A DNA stretch of 64,000 bases, taken from the NCBI RefSeq assembly GCF_009914755.1, contig NC_060937.1; one strand, 5' to 3'. Position numbers and translations under genes: made by a program. How positions within the stretch are numbered: position 1 is the first letter of the stretch; each line of letters opens with the position of its first letter. Positions 1 through 13,662 of the stretch are shown here, piece after piece. The notes beneath the pieces are model-generated. The model did not search any database. It worked only from the letters and a program-made list of their open reading frames with translations, and was not told where the DNA came from. Source of the DNA: the human T2T-CHM13v2.0 reference genome, Homo sapiens.

Positions 1-304
1 GCCCCACGTAAACCCATGACTCTTGACTCAACTGGTCCTGTGGCCCCCACCCAGAAGTGGACTCAGCGCATGAGGAGCATATTCCACCTCCCTATAATGG
101 CATCCCCAACAAATCAGCAGCACCCATTCCCCTGCCTATGAAACTATCCTGGAAAAACCCTAGCTCTCCAAATTTTTGGAGAGACTAATTTAAGTAATAA
201 AACTAATCTTCCATTTGCTGGTTCTGCATGAATTAAACTCTTTCTCCTGTCTTGATAAGTTGGCACTATCTGGGAAGAGGGCAAGGAGAACCTTGGCAGT
301 TACA
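1..304 (+). mobile_element. 3' part of an ERV1 LTR (MER39/MER34-like), cut by the window start
   Basis: CCCACCCAGAAGTGGACTCAGCGCATGAGG motif, AATAAA, and a terminus ...GGGCAAGGAGAACCTTGGCAGTTACA typical of the MER34/MER39/LTR8 group. Confidence 0.7.
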
Positions 305-3300
305 GGTCTTCCACAGCTTAAACAAGAAATTAGAACTCAGTCTTTTGAGCCAGGACACAAGATAACTGGGGGCCAGGATCTAGGGTCTGTCTTTTCCCCT
401 GGAGCTCTGGCTGGGATGGCTTCCTGAGAAGGAATGCCAAGCATGACCTGGCTGGTCAGAGCAACCACAAGACCCCAAATGTAACAGGAAGAGTCATAGT
501 GCTGACACTTAGACCCCAGAAGAACCACAGGAGAAACTGTAGCAACATCTGAGCACCTCAAGGTGTGATCAACTCCTACATATCCTACTCCAAAAACTAA
601 TACAAATCAGCTTCTCATACTTGTTCCTTGAATAACCCATGGCAATTCTAGATTAGTCTGGTAAAATGCAAAAGAAATTTTTTTTAAATGCAGTTATGGT
701 TTTCAAAAACTTGTCTAATTAATCCTATTATTATAAAATGTTCAGATATGCAAAAAGAAAAGCCTACATGTTTTCATAATTAAATGACAGTCTCTTCTTC
801 AAAGTCCTCTATATGTCAGGGGAAGCTTGGAGCCAGGTGCCGGGATGATGGTAAAGGTGAATGGAGAAATTAGAGGGAGTGCTCGAGCTGAATGTATGTT
901 TCTTTCAGTGTCAGCAGAAGAGGAGGAGGCAGAGGGTGGGAGTGAGCTGAGTTCCTGGTAAGTAGGCTGAAAGAGCAGGATAAAAGGAGGGAAAACAATG
1001 AGCACCACACCCAGACCTATATCTGAGTGGAAAGGGTTCATGAACTCTAAGATGAAATGGGAACATGAACTAGGAAGCCTAAACCTTTAAATTAACCTAG
1101 CAGTTGGCAAGACTCTAAAAGAATATTTTCGCGTTTTAAAAGCCATGTGGAAACTATTTGAATCTTGATATCTTCATCCACAAAATAAAAGAAAGGGAAT
1201 AAGTGGGCTCTGAGGTTCTCTCAGCACTGAGATGCTATAATTCTATCATTTGTCTTCTCAAGAGGATTCTGGCCATAGCTTTTCAAGTTACATCTGTATC
1301 TCTTCCTCCAGCCTTCCTCTAATCTGAAAAAGAAGGCATATGAGTTGGAAAATAAATTCTCATATTATCTTTCAACAGAATGGCTAGTGCATTTACTTCT
1401 AGCCCAACTATTGAGCCTCAGAAATCAACAAGCCGAATAATTCATTCTGTAATTTTTTTAAAAACACCCATCATGAATCAGGCACTGTGGTTGCTTTCGG
1501 GATACAGAGAAAGAGACAGGATGCAGTGTCAGCCTTCAAGTCACGCACCACTTAGGCCAAGCCAACCATTTTTCCAAAGTCTATTCTAAGTGTTGTTGAA
1601 TAAATGAATGAATTATTATTGTAACTCTATGATAATTTGTGTAAAGGGCAGCTCTTCCCGTCTTGCCCACATTCTCTGAGGAAACAACATAAAAGAGCAT
1701 ATTCGTACTATTTCTCCAGCTGGGTGTCTCTATCCTGGCCCAAGGTGAGAATGTAGGCCAGCGTTTTATGAGTATCCAAGCAGGGCACACCTACCCCACT
1801 GCAAATGCTTTCTTGCTTAAATATCGCTGAACAATAATAAAGATTTAGGTAGTTCTTTGTTGAAGGGTTCAAGAAATTTCTCCAAAACCTGGCAGAATAT
1901 GAAGGTGACAGTGATAGATGGAATAAATTACTGTTCCACAAGGCATCTCACTCTCTTGAATTCTCAAAAGAAGGAAGCCCTCTGTCTAGTCCTTCCGTAA
2001 GTGTCCCATATGGATGGTTTATTTTCTTCTCTGGCTCCATTTCTTCCTACTTTTCCCTTCCTCTATGCCTCATCCCAACTAGTGACCTAGATCACAGTCT
2101 TACCCCCATTCCAGGATACCCCATGCCCTCTGCCAAATAATTAAGTTCCAATACTCAGGTCAATTTCTGTTCTTGCAAATATCCCAATCTCAGGAACTCA
2201 CTGAATAGCAATTCCTTTCCCTCAGACAAATATCTGCTGGTGTGCAGTGAGGAAAGGGTTTGCTACCTCCACTTGAGGGAACTCAGAGTTCACTCTCTGA
2301 GCTTTAGTGCCTTTTATTCTAAAGTATCTAAAAATAATAGCAGCAACAACCATTGAAAAGGAAGTATAAGCAGGCAAATTTCCTTCTGCTGGCAGCATGT
2401 ATTCTTCCAAGTAGCATTACTTTGAAAACTAGTGTTTAAGTTTACCCACCATAATGTGAGAATAAAGAGATGTGCAAGCAGATATTGATAAACAGCCAAA
2501 TGGAGTGACTCCACTTGGTGAGACAGGGGAAGGCTTCACAGACAATGTGATATTTGACCTGATTTTTGCAGAAAGTTTACCAGGCACAGAGGTGATGTAA
2601 GGGTGGAGAAGCTCTAGGTCATATTCTAGGCAAGGGGACAACATGAAGAAGTCACCGAGTTCCGGCTCTGTCTGGTATTTGCAGACATTTTAAAAATCCA
2701 TCCACCTCCAAAGTATCTTGAGAATCCTAGACCTGTAGCCTCCTTCCCAGCGGCCACCCTATGGAAAGGCTTCAAAGGCATACACAACTTTTAAGAAACG
2801 GCAAAGGAGACTCCAGACTACTCCTCAGCTAACTTTATAAACATACTCCTAGTGGCAAACGAGGTGGTCTAGAGGATAACAGATGCAGAAACAGGGAGAA
2901 AAGAACAAAGCCATGTGCAACGCTATTTGTATATTCTATGTCCCAAATGGAAAGCATAAGATGCAATTCCTTCTGTTATTCCATGACAACTTAAAGTAAG
3001 TCAATATGACCCTTATTTTCCCACAAACCACATGTAAATTAAAAAAAAAAAAGCTATTAAGGGCCCACTGTATACTAAGCACAAGATTCTGTGGGGCAAA
3101 ATGTAACTAAGTCCTGTTGTGGAGACAGGAGTCTACAATACAGCAAGATGGAAGAGATCATGGAACTAGAAGAAAAGAGTAATGTTAGTAATTAGAAATG
3201 GCATCTAAATAGAGGAGTCAGTGAAGGCTTCTTGAAGGACATGTTAATCTAGGCCATGAAGGCTGAGTAAAAATTTGACAGGTGAAAATGTGAGAGGAAG

Positions 3301-3360
3301 GCAATTTAAGTAGGAGAAGTAACATACAGTGGGGAAACCCTAGACATGTGTGGAGTTGCC

Positions 3361-4117
3361 CAGTGAAATGTTCTGGGATAATAGAAATGTTTCACATCTA
3401 TGCTGTCTGATATGATGGTAGCCACTAGCTACCTGAGGCTATTGAGCTCTTGAAATTTGCTGGTGTAACTAAAGACCTTAACTTTCAGTTTTATGTAATT
3501 TTAATAAAATATGGAAATAGTTGAAGACCAGCTGAATGAAAACAGACAACAGGCTAAGCCTATTTACTTAGAGCTTGCTGCAGCAGGGAGTCAGGCAGAA
3601 TCATCTGTGTTTTGGCAGAGACTCAAATGCAGGCAGAGGAGTGGGAGAGCTTTAGAGTAGAAAAAAGGGAAGGCTTTAGGTGTGCCCTATGCAGAGGCTG
3701 TTGGCGTGTGGAAGCTGTAGGCAGGCTAACTAGAACACAGCATCCTATGTTATTGGTTAGGGGTACATTTTTGGCTTTTTCTGGTTGGTCTTAAGTTGGA
3801 ACTGGAAACAAAAGTTACAGAAGCTATCAGTTATGAATCAAGTCCTGGCTGTTTGGGGCTGATTGTTACAGAGGTTATTGTTTGGCTTTCTGGATTGTTG
3901 CTAGAGATATCAGTCTGACTTCCTACAAATCTGACTTATAGGTAGTAGGCTGGCCTCCTGGGCTGGTTACTATAGATGATTAGTTGGTTTCCTGGGCTAG
4001 TTGCTGCATATTATGGGGCAAAACTCTATTTTTATTTTAGTCTAGCCGTTGCACATTTATATATTCCCTCTTACATTACAGCTGGCTAGTGGCCACAGCA
4101 ATGGACTGTGCAGTTCT
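3361..4117. mobile_element. MER3-like hAT-Charlie MITE split by a MER67 LTR
   Basis: GTAGCCACTAGCTACCTGAGGCTATTGAGCTCTTGAAAT block before 3520; resumes as GCTGGCTAGTGGCCACAGCAATGGACTGTGCAG after 4075. Confidence 0.65.
3521..4075 (-). mobile_element. MER67-family ERV1 solo LTR
   Basis: Reverse complement resembles the MER67 5' end (AATATATAAATG...ATAAAAATAGAG...GCAGCAACTAGCCCAGGAAACC) and contains AAGTCAGATTTGTAGGAAGTCAGAC. Confidence 0.7.
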
Positions 4118-5866
4118 ACAGTAGCATGAAACCCAGCTGGTGGAGCATAGGGTATGTTTCAGGAAACTAGAAAAAAAAAAAAAAAGAAGCCAAGAATAGA
4201 GATAAGACCAGAGTGTGGAAATCTGGGTGCCAATCTATGGAATTTGTATTCGTATTGATATAAATTAAATATCATGGAAAATTTAAGGACAGGAAGCTAC
4301 ATGATCACATTTTTGTTTTCTAATGATTAATTTGGTTTTAATCTGCAAAATGGACCTAAGAAAGAAACTACTGGTTAGCATATTGTAATAGATCAGCTTA
4401 GCATAGTGGAATAGCACAGGCAAGAGGAAATGAATGCTGTAGGATAACGGGAATGTAGATGCAAATAAGTGAGCAAGAGCAAAAATAATTTGGATGTACA
4501 ATATGGAGCTCTTTAAATCTGATTGGATTTAATGAATTTACCATAAGAAAAAGAAAAAACAAAGGCCACCAAATCATTGTTAAGCCCAGACAAGATGGAA
4601 GGTTATAGATATTTTAAGAACTAGAGAAGTAAGAAAATAGCGTGGTTGGAGGATAGGGCAAAGGGTTTGGAGAGTGGGGGCGATGATCAGTTTGAGATTC
4701 AAACTAGTAAACCTCAACAGATTGAAGACAGATCGAAAATGAGAAAACAAATCAGAAAAAAAAAAACAAAAGAAAATATACTTTCAATGAGAGAAAGACC
4801 TCAAAAAAATTAATAAAAGGGTATGCCAATAATAATTACATAATTTTATTTGGTAAACAGTTATGTATTCTGCTTTAAATCAACAGGTTATGCGTGATAG
4901 ACAGTATTCAGAGAGTCACAGTTAAAGTAGAACAGTTCTGTTTAACATTAGCAGTAATGCCAGCTGTCTGGTTGCTTTTGTTGTTGGATAAGACCTGATT
5001 TTGCTCTCTGTTCTGCTTGGGTTGTATTAGTGTATTAAAATAAATAAATCTAAACAAGGATTCTTAGTAATATGCCTCATGATTAATTAGAAAAATCCTC
5101 ATGAGGAGAGGTTGCCCATTCTATTCAAGAGGTTGTAATCTCCTCCGGCTTCACGGGGCAGACACTGAGTGCGCATCTAGGATTTAGGGTTAACCAGCAT
5201 CTCATCTTTCTGGTTAGTCTAATTTGGTTCACTGCAACTTTCTTCTTTTCTCAGTTAATTGTATTCCTTTTTTCTTAGTACCTTTGTTTCAAAAGGTATT
5301 CAAATTCAAAGGCCTCCCTGATGAGCTGGTATCCATGCAACTAGGGCCCAGTCCCCCAAAGACAGTACCATCGTTCCAACATGTCAGGTGGAAACTGATC
5401 AGTGGGGCACCAGATTACTAGAAAACAGAAAAGTTCTCAGTCTCCACTGTCTTGTGAGGCCCCAGAAGGCAGGAACTCTTGTTTGATTCAATGCCACCTC
5501 TGAGGTCCCTGAAACAGAGTAGTTCCTCAAATCACTTTTGCGGAATTAATCACTTTATTTAAAAAAAAAAAAAAAAAAGGCTTCAAAACCAGGTGAAAAG
5601 CTGACCTATGTCACAAATCCTCCAAGATCATTATATCATTTATTTATTTACTAAAATATTTGCCGAGTGCCAACTACAAGTCAGATAGTATGCTAGCGGA
5701 ATGTCTGAAATAAAGAGATTAATGCAACTATTTAGTCTTTGTCCTCCAAATTACTTTAAGATCTTTGCTATTTATGGTTTCGTGTGACATCAACAACAAA
5801 TCATGCTTAATTCTCCATGCTGCTCAATCATAATGTTGCACTTATAAAGCAACTAAAAAATCTTTA

Positions 5867-6130
<264 letters not shown>

Positions 6131-7612
6131 TCAGTGTTTTTAACCTTAAGGTTTCATTGAAAAAATAACAACACAATTCAGCTATTTTATATCCAGAAAT
6201 TAAAGGCACTCGTTTAGAGAATATACATACATATATGCATGAGACAACGTAATTTCACTGACACTAAACTTTCTAGCATGATTTCCTTCAGCTTCATCTT
6301 ACCTAAAATCAAGATTCTCTCTAAAAGCAAGCCCCAAAAAAGTATACTTCACAGATTGATATCAAAAACACATACTTTAAGAAAAGTAATTAAGATATAC
6401 TGATAACAAATGCAGAATAATAAAATAGGGTCATTTATCTTTGGCCGCCTTTTCCTTCTGCTTTTGGAATGTATTTCACAGAAAACAAAGAAGTCGTAAA
6501 CTGGATTTGGTTTGAAATTGTCCCTGCACATCTTTAGAGCATGTTCAGTGATCACTGGGTGTAATATATGCTAATCTGAAGTTGAATGCAGCCTCAGGTG
6601 TTGTAACATTCTTGCTCTCAGCCTGAAGGAAAGGCATTAATTAACTGCAGTTCTGACTCGCAAAGCCAAAGTAGAATATCTCACTGCTGTAGTGATCCAG
6701 AAACCACTCATTCTATGTAAGCATTTTCAAAACTCCAAAGGATCCTCTAAAAGTGGATATCATTATGAAGGCTTTGACCCAGAGCCATCCTCAGTGGTAA
6801 ATCCTCTCCCTGGGATTTTTGCCAGCCTGGCAAGGAGATCAATACAACATTCAGATAGATTTATTTCCAATAGACAAATAACTCACGTATGGGAAAGTCG
6901 CTTAATGCAATCCTGAGCTTCCAGACTCCTCTGCGTCATTCTGCTCCCCCTGATTGCATTTCTTGTAAGCAGGACAGGCCTTAAGGGAAGTCTTTGAAGC
7001 CCTTGGACACCTCTTCTGCGCCCTGCAATCACCTTCGAGGGCTCTGCTCTCACCCTCTTGAAATCCCATCATATGAATAAATGCTTATCTATCCCCTTAA
7101 GAAATGAGGTCAGCACTTTCAGGAAGCAGCTTGCCCAGTGAGGCCAAGAGAACCAGACATTGAGCTCCTTTTCCTTTCAAAGAGACTGTCTCTATCAGGA
7201 GATTTTTGGCAAGTGAAACAACCCCACTCAAACTAATGTAGGCAGAAAAGATTTAATCAAACCCGCCGCATAACCCACAGGATCAGGAAGATCAGAAAAC
7301 CAGGCCTGGAGGATACACAGTTGGAAAAGATGCCCCTTTCTTGCACAGGACAGAACAGTCACGAAAACAGCAACAAAGGACCTGGTGAAACTGACCACTG
7401 CACCATCCCCCTTAGACTGAGTCTGGCCCTGACTCATGGTGGCTGCATTCACTGTTGTGTCCCAAGCCTGATATCCAAAAGCCAGTCCCTAAAAGAGAGT
7501 ATGGCAACAGAACGTATGCCTGGGGTCAGGCACAGGAGGGCCGTTCCATGGGGGAGTCTGTAGACAAAGCTAAAGTGAAAACAGACGTTAATGACAGGAG
7601 CAGCATCAAAGT

Positions 7613-8064
7613 TGTCAAAGGCAAAACAAGTCCAAGCCAACAGGAACACAGACTGCTTATTTACAGACCTGCAACAAGGAAACCCATCTGCCTTGTCATC
7701 GTTTCAGCAGGGGTTCAAGGGTGTTAGAAAGGAAAGGAAGCTTTATCAAGTAAAAGAGAGCTTCCTGTGAGGCCATGTCTGATTGGCAAGCATGCTATTA
7801 AGGTGAAATTTTTGGAAGTGGGCAGACTTTCTAATTGGTTTTCAGATACATATGATAGCCCATGGTTGGCTGCAAGCAGGGTAAGTGAGCCATTTGGGGA
7901 TGTTTCCAAGGAGAATGGATTTGTTCATTTCTATGCTGATCATTTTGTGGAGCAAGAGGGGGTCCCGCAGGTGTATTACAGCGATGCAATGGTTCTCAGG
8001 ACAAGTTGACTGCCAGGGCTTTAGACTGTCCTTGAGAACAAAGTCTAAGGGAGAAACTGGGTCA
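7613..8064 (-). mobile_element. old ERV1-type solo LTR (MER90/MER110-like)
   Basis: Minus strand starts TGACCCAGTTTCTCCCTTAGAC and ends GTTTTGCCTTTGACA (TG...CA); about 450 bp; AAATAAG near the 3' end. Confidence 0.5.
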
Positions 8065-8520
8065 GGAACCAAGGGAGTCCGCCTGTGGCACAGATACACA
8101 AAGAGAAAGCAGGCGCAGGGTGGCACTGACTGCCATCTCTGCTGGGTTTTCCTACTCCAGTCACAGATCCTCAGGGGAGCATCTGAATCCTTCATGTCTT
8201 GCCTGGCTTTTTGGTATGGAAATGCAATCTTCTCATTTGGCATGATGAATTGTTGGAACAGCCAATTGCCTTTACATTGTGGTTCTTCTCTACACAATCA
8301 AATGATACAACTTTTGGACATGAAAGTAAGGATGCTATACAAAATGTGTTTGGATGAATGCATCAGTGAGGCTGCCCTTATAAGGGTTAAAACATTGGGC
8401 AGCAACTGACAACTCATCCAATAATACAAAATTATATGATTGTTTTCCAAACTGGCCCAGGGACACTAAAAAAGACTTTCAGGTTAATAATAGCTTAGCC
8501 TCTGTCACCTCCTCCTATAT

Positions 8521-8522
<2 letters not shown>

Positions 8523-8600
<78 letters not shown>
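8523..8600. repeat. compound microsatellite (CT)16(GT)23
   Basis: Directly visible uninterrupted dinucleotide runs. Confidence 0.97.
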
Positions 8601-8603
<3 letters not shown>

Positions 8604-10109
8604 TTGGAGCTGAGGATTGAGGTTGGATGGATAGAAAGAAAAGAATAACAAAATCTAAGAACTTTAGAAAATAGCTTGAAAAAAGGTATGTGTTTCTACA
8701 CAGCCTGATGTAAACTTTACATAAGTATACAAGCTTAGCTCCTATTTAGCTTTGAGTAAAAATCAGATGATGACCATTACTTCTTAATATCCAGGTAGCT
8801 GTTTACCATATTCCTTCTGAAATTAACCCATGCAATATTTATCTTGAATGCTTAGTACCTATTCCTTTGATAAACTGCCTCTTACAAATAATAAAAAAAG
8901 AAATAAGAGTTGTTCAATCTATCCACTTGTTTTAATTAAAAGTAAAATTTCTGGAGGAAAGAAGTGTCTTAATAAAATGCTGATCACACAGACTTTTAAA
9001 TAAATATTAAATAGTAATGTGTATGAAACACCCACATCTTTGAGAGAATGGACCAAAAAAATCCCATATGAATTCAGCAGGATCTAATACATAGTTTGAA
9101 TAGCATGTTATATTTTCTCTGATATTTTTCCAAAAATGTAAAAGAGAATATTAATTTTCCAAAAACATTTTCTTTTGCTTACAAGTAAAAGTTAGTTTGA
9201 ATAAAGCAGCTTTTCATATTCTTATTTATTAAATTCCCATCTCTACACAAATTGTCCTCCTTTAGAGTTTTGTTGTTCCAATTATTTTTGCTTTTTCTTT
9301 GTTGTTTTGCAATTCCATAATGTGATGGTTGCCTTGGCAATAGAAACGAGGGTTCAAACCTTTTAAAATGATAACCATCTCCATTCCACATTATTTATTG
9401 GATTTCATTCAGGTATATTCTCCTTTCTTTTTTTATCTTTATGAATTTAAAGTTACTTCTTCCTTTGTCGTCCTGATTTTCATTTTCTAAATACTTTTCA
9501 AACTGCCAGTATTTCTTACCTATTCTATTGAAATGGAAAATCAAGTCCATGATTTCATATGCAATTAAAAAACTGACATTTGCATTCGAAATTCCCAGTG
9601 TTGTGGACACTGAAATTTGAATATGACTGAGTGCCCTATTCCCCTGCACAGGAAACCATTCATAGTTACTGTGTCTGTCAGCACCACTGGTCTGGGGATG
9701 CCAGGAGAGGGGAAATTAGGAGCAGCAGAGTTGGAAAGCACATGATGAGGGGTTTCCATGCAGCCCCTATCCAGCTCCATTCCTTAGGTAGCAAAGAGTT
9801 CTTGGTAGCAGCTTACCTTGGCATTTAGCTGCTGTGTGACTGAAGTAATTTTACTGTGGTGGTTGGTCTAATCTCTTCCCTTTTCATGTGTGGCCATGGA
9901 GAGACGCTACACCTTAAGACCTTAAAGTATAGCGCTCATGTAGTGCAAAGGCATGCCCGCTGCTGATCTGCAGCCCAGGGTTGAGCAGTTAGAGTGAGAA
10001 TTTGCCAGAATTCGCTGTGCCAATAACTCGCGGAATCTCCTGATCACCATACTAAGCTGATGGAATTACAGGACTTTCATGAAGATGGAAGTTGGGGTTA
10101 TTCGGCCCA

Positions 10110-10425
10110 TGAGTTCTTAGTCTAGGAAAGTAGATTCCTTCAAATCCCATAGATAGACTGACATGGGTCATGGACTCTTCAAATTGAATGTGAAATTTAG
10201 GGCAAATGCATTTTCTGAAGAAAGAGCCTAGGACTTTATTCATTTCTCAAAGAGGTCTATGACAAGCAGAGCTCATGTCACAGTTTGCTGAGGACAGTCA
10301 TCTTTATGCCCATTGTCCCGGCTTGATTATTAATAATGCCCCATTTCACTCTCAAAAGTATCCTAGTTCCATTGACAAGTTATATGGTCTTCCTACCTGA
10401 CTCACAGAAGAATAAGAACCACTGA
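10110..10425. mobile_element. hAT-Charlie MITE (Charlie4z-like) interrupted by a MER81-like hAT-Blackjack MITE (about 10275-10395)
   Basis: TGCATTTTCTG...TTCTCAAAGAGGTCTATGAC...AAGAACCACTG host; insert has TAATAATGCCCCATTTCACTCTCAAAAGTATCC...TATATGGTCTTCCTA. Confidence 0.55.
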
Positions 10426-10974
10426 TTTGGTCCAACCCTCCACTTTCACACAAGAACTATTGTAGAATGATTTTATAGAAGAAGCTGTCGAGGCACAGAA
10501 ATTCATAGGAGGCATTTATTTGGATAAGTAAGGTGTAGTTATATCACACGGAGATTTGAAAACTAAGCAAAATCCTTCAGACTTCACTAAGATAAATATT
10601 TTAATCACCAACATATCAGCATTGCTGTTGTGGCAGTATTATGGGTTCAATTCAAGATGAAGGGAATCCACTTATTTGTTGCAGTTTAGGAATTATACTA
10701 TTTCACATTGTTTTTTTTCCCCCTGTTCATATGGTGTGAAGAGGTAGCAAATCCTATGATCAGCAATAAACAGGTTTAATTCAAGTTAACAAATACTGAT
10801 TGAGCTTTGACCAGGTTCCAGATACTCTGCTAGGTATTTGTGGGATTTAGATGATAGATAAAGACAAAAAAAGACAAAGATGAATAAGACCAAAGGTAAC
10901 CCTTCAAAGACTTTAGGGACTAGGAGAGAAAAAAAAATATGGAATAACTAGCAAAGTCTTTAAGATGTGATCAT

Positions 10975-11765
10975 TTATCAAAGATTAGGTTCAACTGCAA
11001 CAGGAATAATAGTGGCTTAAACAAGATGAAAGCTTATCTTTTATCTATGTAAAAATAAACAGCCCTGTGTGGTGGAGTATGCCTATAGTCCCAGCTACTC
11101 GAGAGGCTGAGACAGAAGAATTGCTTGAGCACAGGAGTTCACAGCTGCAGGGAGCTATGATCACACCTGTGAATAGTCACTGCACTCCAGCCTGGACAAC
11201 ATAGCAAGACCCCCATCTCTAAAAAAAATAAAAACTAAAAACTACAAGAAAAATGGGGACTTATAAGTCCTGTGTTATAATACATAAAAATTTATTTTTA
11301 AAAATATGGAATTAGGCAGTCCAAGGCTGAAGTGGTGTTCTAGAGAGCCAAGGGTCCAGGCCTTTTTTTTGTTATTATTCATTGTTCCCCTATCATATAT
11401 GGCCTCTTTTTCCAAAATTATCATAAACCTGAATGGCTGCGCCAGCTTCAGGCATCACGTCTATATTCATGCCAGCACAAAGGAAGAAAGAGAAGAAGAA
11501 AAATATGCCCTTCCCTTTAAGGACTTCCCAAAGGTTACACGAACTACCTTTCCTTACGATTAGACTTTTCCTTAATCCTATTGACTATGACTAAACCTTT
11601 TCTTAATTCTATTGGCTGTAACTGGGTAATATGGCCATGCCTGAATACAAGGAAACTGAAAAGTAGCCTTCATTCCTGACATTCATGTGCCCAGCTAAGA
11701 CTCGGATTCTATTACTGTAGCCAAAAAATAAGATGATTGGAGGACAATCAGTAGTGTCTGTGACA
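10975..11765 (-). mobile_element. MLT1J-like MaLR LTR, interrupted by a FAM
   Basis: GTGGCTTAAACAAGAT, AATGGCTGC...GGCATCACGTC and ATTGGCTGTAACTGGGTAATATGGCCATGCC motifs of old MLT1 in reverse orientation. Confidence 0.6.
11062..11235 (+). mobile_element. FAM (fossil Alu monomer)
   Basis: Single monomer retaining the 7SL-derived CCTGTGAATAGTCACTGCACTCCAGCCTGG segment; A-rich tail. Confidence 0.85.
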
Positions 11766-12479
11766 TCTACAACGGAGCAGTTGGAGAGGAGTAGGCAAAT
11801 CCCTATCTACTGGCAAGAAAGATGTCCAAGAACATTTCCAAGTGAGGACGCAGGTTGTGAGGTCATATGTCCATTATCACCCATCTAAGGTTCTGAAAAC
11901 AGACATTTATCAAGGCATGGAGAAAGTTCTGGAAGTTACACTCTTTTTCTCTCAGAGAAAGCTGGAATTGGGGTTTGGAAAGAAGAGGAAATATGTCTAT
12001 TTACTCAACATACTTCTGAATTCTTTAATTGTTGAAATCCTCTAAGAACTTGTATTCTGCGGTCATTTTTAAATACAAGGGAAAAACAAACAAACAACCC
12101 AGGCTGTAAGGAAGAAAGTGATAAGAGCATTAGCAGTAAAGTAACAAAGAACAGATGAAAGTCAACTAGAATGGCTTTAGGGGAAGATGGTATTCGAGTG
12201 GACCTTCTTAAATAGTAAGGTTTTAGCCGGTACAAATTTCAGAAGACGGTAACTCTGTCATAAAGTGTGCATTAATTCAAATAGTAAGGAATCTTAAGGT
12301 GTATCCCGTGTGACTGAGTGCAGGCTGCAATGGGTTATCATGGACAAGAACACTAGAGATGAATGGAGGCCAGATTATGGAGAACCTTGACGGCCTTGCT
12401 CAGAAGTTCGATTTATAATCTGAAGCTAAGGGAGAGCTTCAAATGTCTCCAAGCAGGGGAGTGTTAAGATCTATATTTA

Positions 12480-12790
12480 AGACAGATGCGGTGGCTCACG
12501 CCTGTAATCCCCACATTTTGGGAGGCCGAGGTGGGCAGATCACCTGAGGTCAGGAGTTTGAGACCAGCCTGACCAACATGGTGAAACTCCGTCTCTACTA
12601 AAAACACAAAAATTAGCTGGGTGCAGTGGCACATGCCTATAATCCGAGCTGCATGGGAGGCTGAGGTACAAAAATCACTTGAATGTGGAAGCAAAGGTTG
12701 CAGTGAGCGAAGATCGTGCCACACTCCAGCCTGGTTGACAGAGTGAGCATCAGTCTCAAAAAAAAAAAAAAGAAAGAAAGAAAGAAAAAA
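12480..12790 (+). mobile_element. AluS (AluSx-like), full length
   Basis: Dimeric Alu with GATCACCTGAGGTCAGGAG; TSD AAGATCTATATTTA / AAGATGTATATTTA; tail contains (GAAA)n. Confidence 0.95.
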
Positions 12791-13272
12791 AAGATGTATA
12801 TTTAAAGAGATAACCCAGATAGTAATTGAAAGAACACTGTGATCAGAAGAAATACTGTTAGAAGGCCATGAGGCTTAAGGTCCTGAATAGTGAAGTTCTG
12901 AATATGAGCAGAAGCCCAGGGAATGGAAAGGACTGGACAAACCCAAAGCACATTTGTAAGGCAGACTTGTTAACTACTTTGTTTCGGAAGGTGAAAACAG
13001 AGAATGACACTCCAAGTGTCTGGGAGAAATGTCAATGTTATTAATACAAAGAAAGTAACAGCTTTATCTGAAGGAAAGCTTTCATTCCATTTTGCTTTGT
13101 TGGAAACTCAGGTCTAGTGCTCAGGGTGAAAGGTAGGACTAGAGGTGTAGATTGTAGAGTCATGATAATAGGTGTCGTCACAGGAGTGAATAGTGGGAGG
13201 GAGGGAGGGAGAACAGAAAGAAAAGGAGAGGGAGGAAAGGGGAAAGAAGAGGAGAAATTTACAGAACAGCAC

Positions 13273-13577
13273 TTTTCTTTTTTTTCTTTTTTTTTTTTGA
13301 GAGTCTTGCTCTGTCATGCAGGCTGCAGTACAGTGGCACAATCATGGCTCACTGCAACCTCCACCCTCCTGGGTTCAAGCGATCCTCCCGCCTCAGCCTT
13401 CCAAGAATCTAGGATTACAGGCATGCACCACCACATCCAGTTAATTTTTGTATTTTTAATGGAGACAAGGTTTCACCATGTTGGCCAGGCTGGTCTCAAA
13501 CTACTGACCTCAAGTGATCTGCCTTCCTCAGCCTCCCAAAGTGCTGGGATTACAGTCATGAGCCACTGCGCCTGGCC
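13273..13577 (-). mobile_element. Alu (older AluS/AluJb-like), full length
   Basis: Poly(T) followed by a reverse-complement Alu ending GAGCCACTGCGCCTGGCC. Confidence 0.95.
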
Positions 13578-13599
13578 AGAAGAGCACAGCTTTAGTCAG

Positions 13600-13603
13600 A
13601 AAA

Positions 13604-13657
<54 letters not shown>
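13600..13657. repeat. poly(A) run joined to (TA)n
   Basis: About 21 A followed by about 18 TA units. Confidence 0.95.

Positions 13658-13662
<5 letters not shown>

Noticed and set aside
1711-1750. Possible micro-exon (TTTCTCCAG ... AAG/GTGAGA)
   Set aside because: Splice-like motifs occur frequently by chance; no coding or transcript support is visible.
11564-11625. 31-bp diverged tandem duplication in the MLT1 LTR
   Set aside because: An ordinary old slippage duplication, like the small ones at about 16888-16950, 41800-41866 and 44370-44413.
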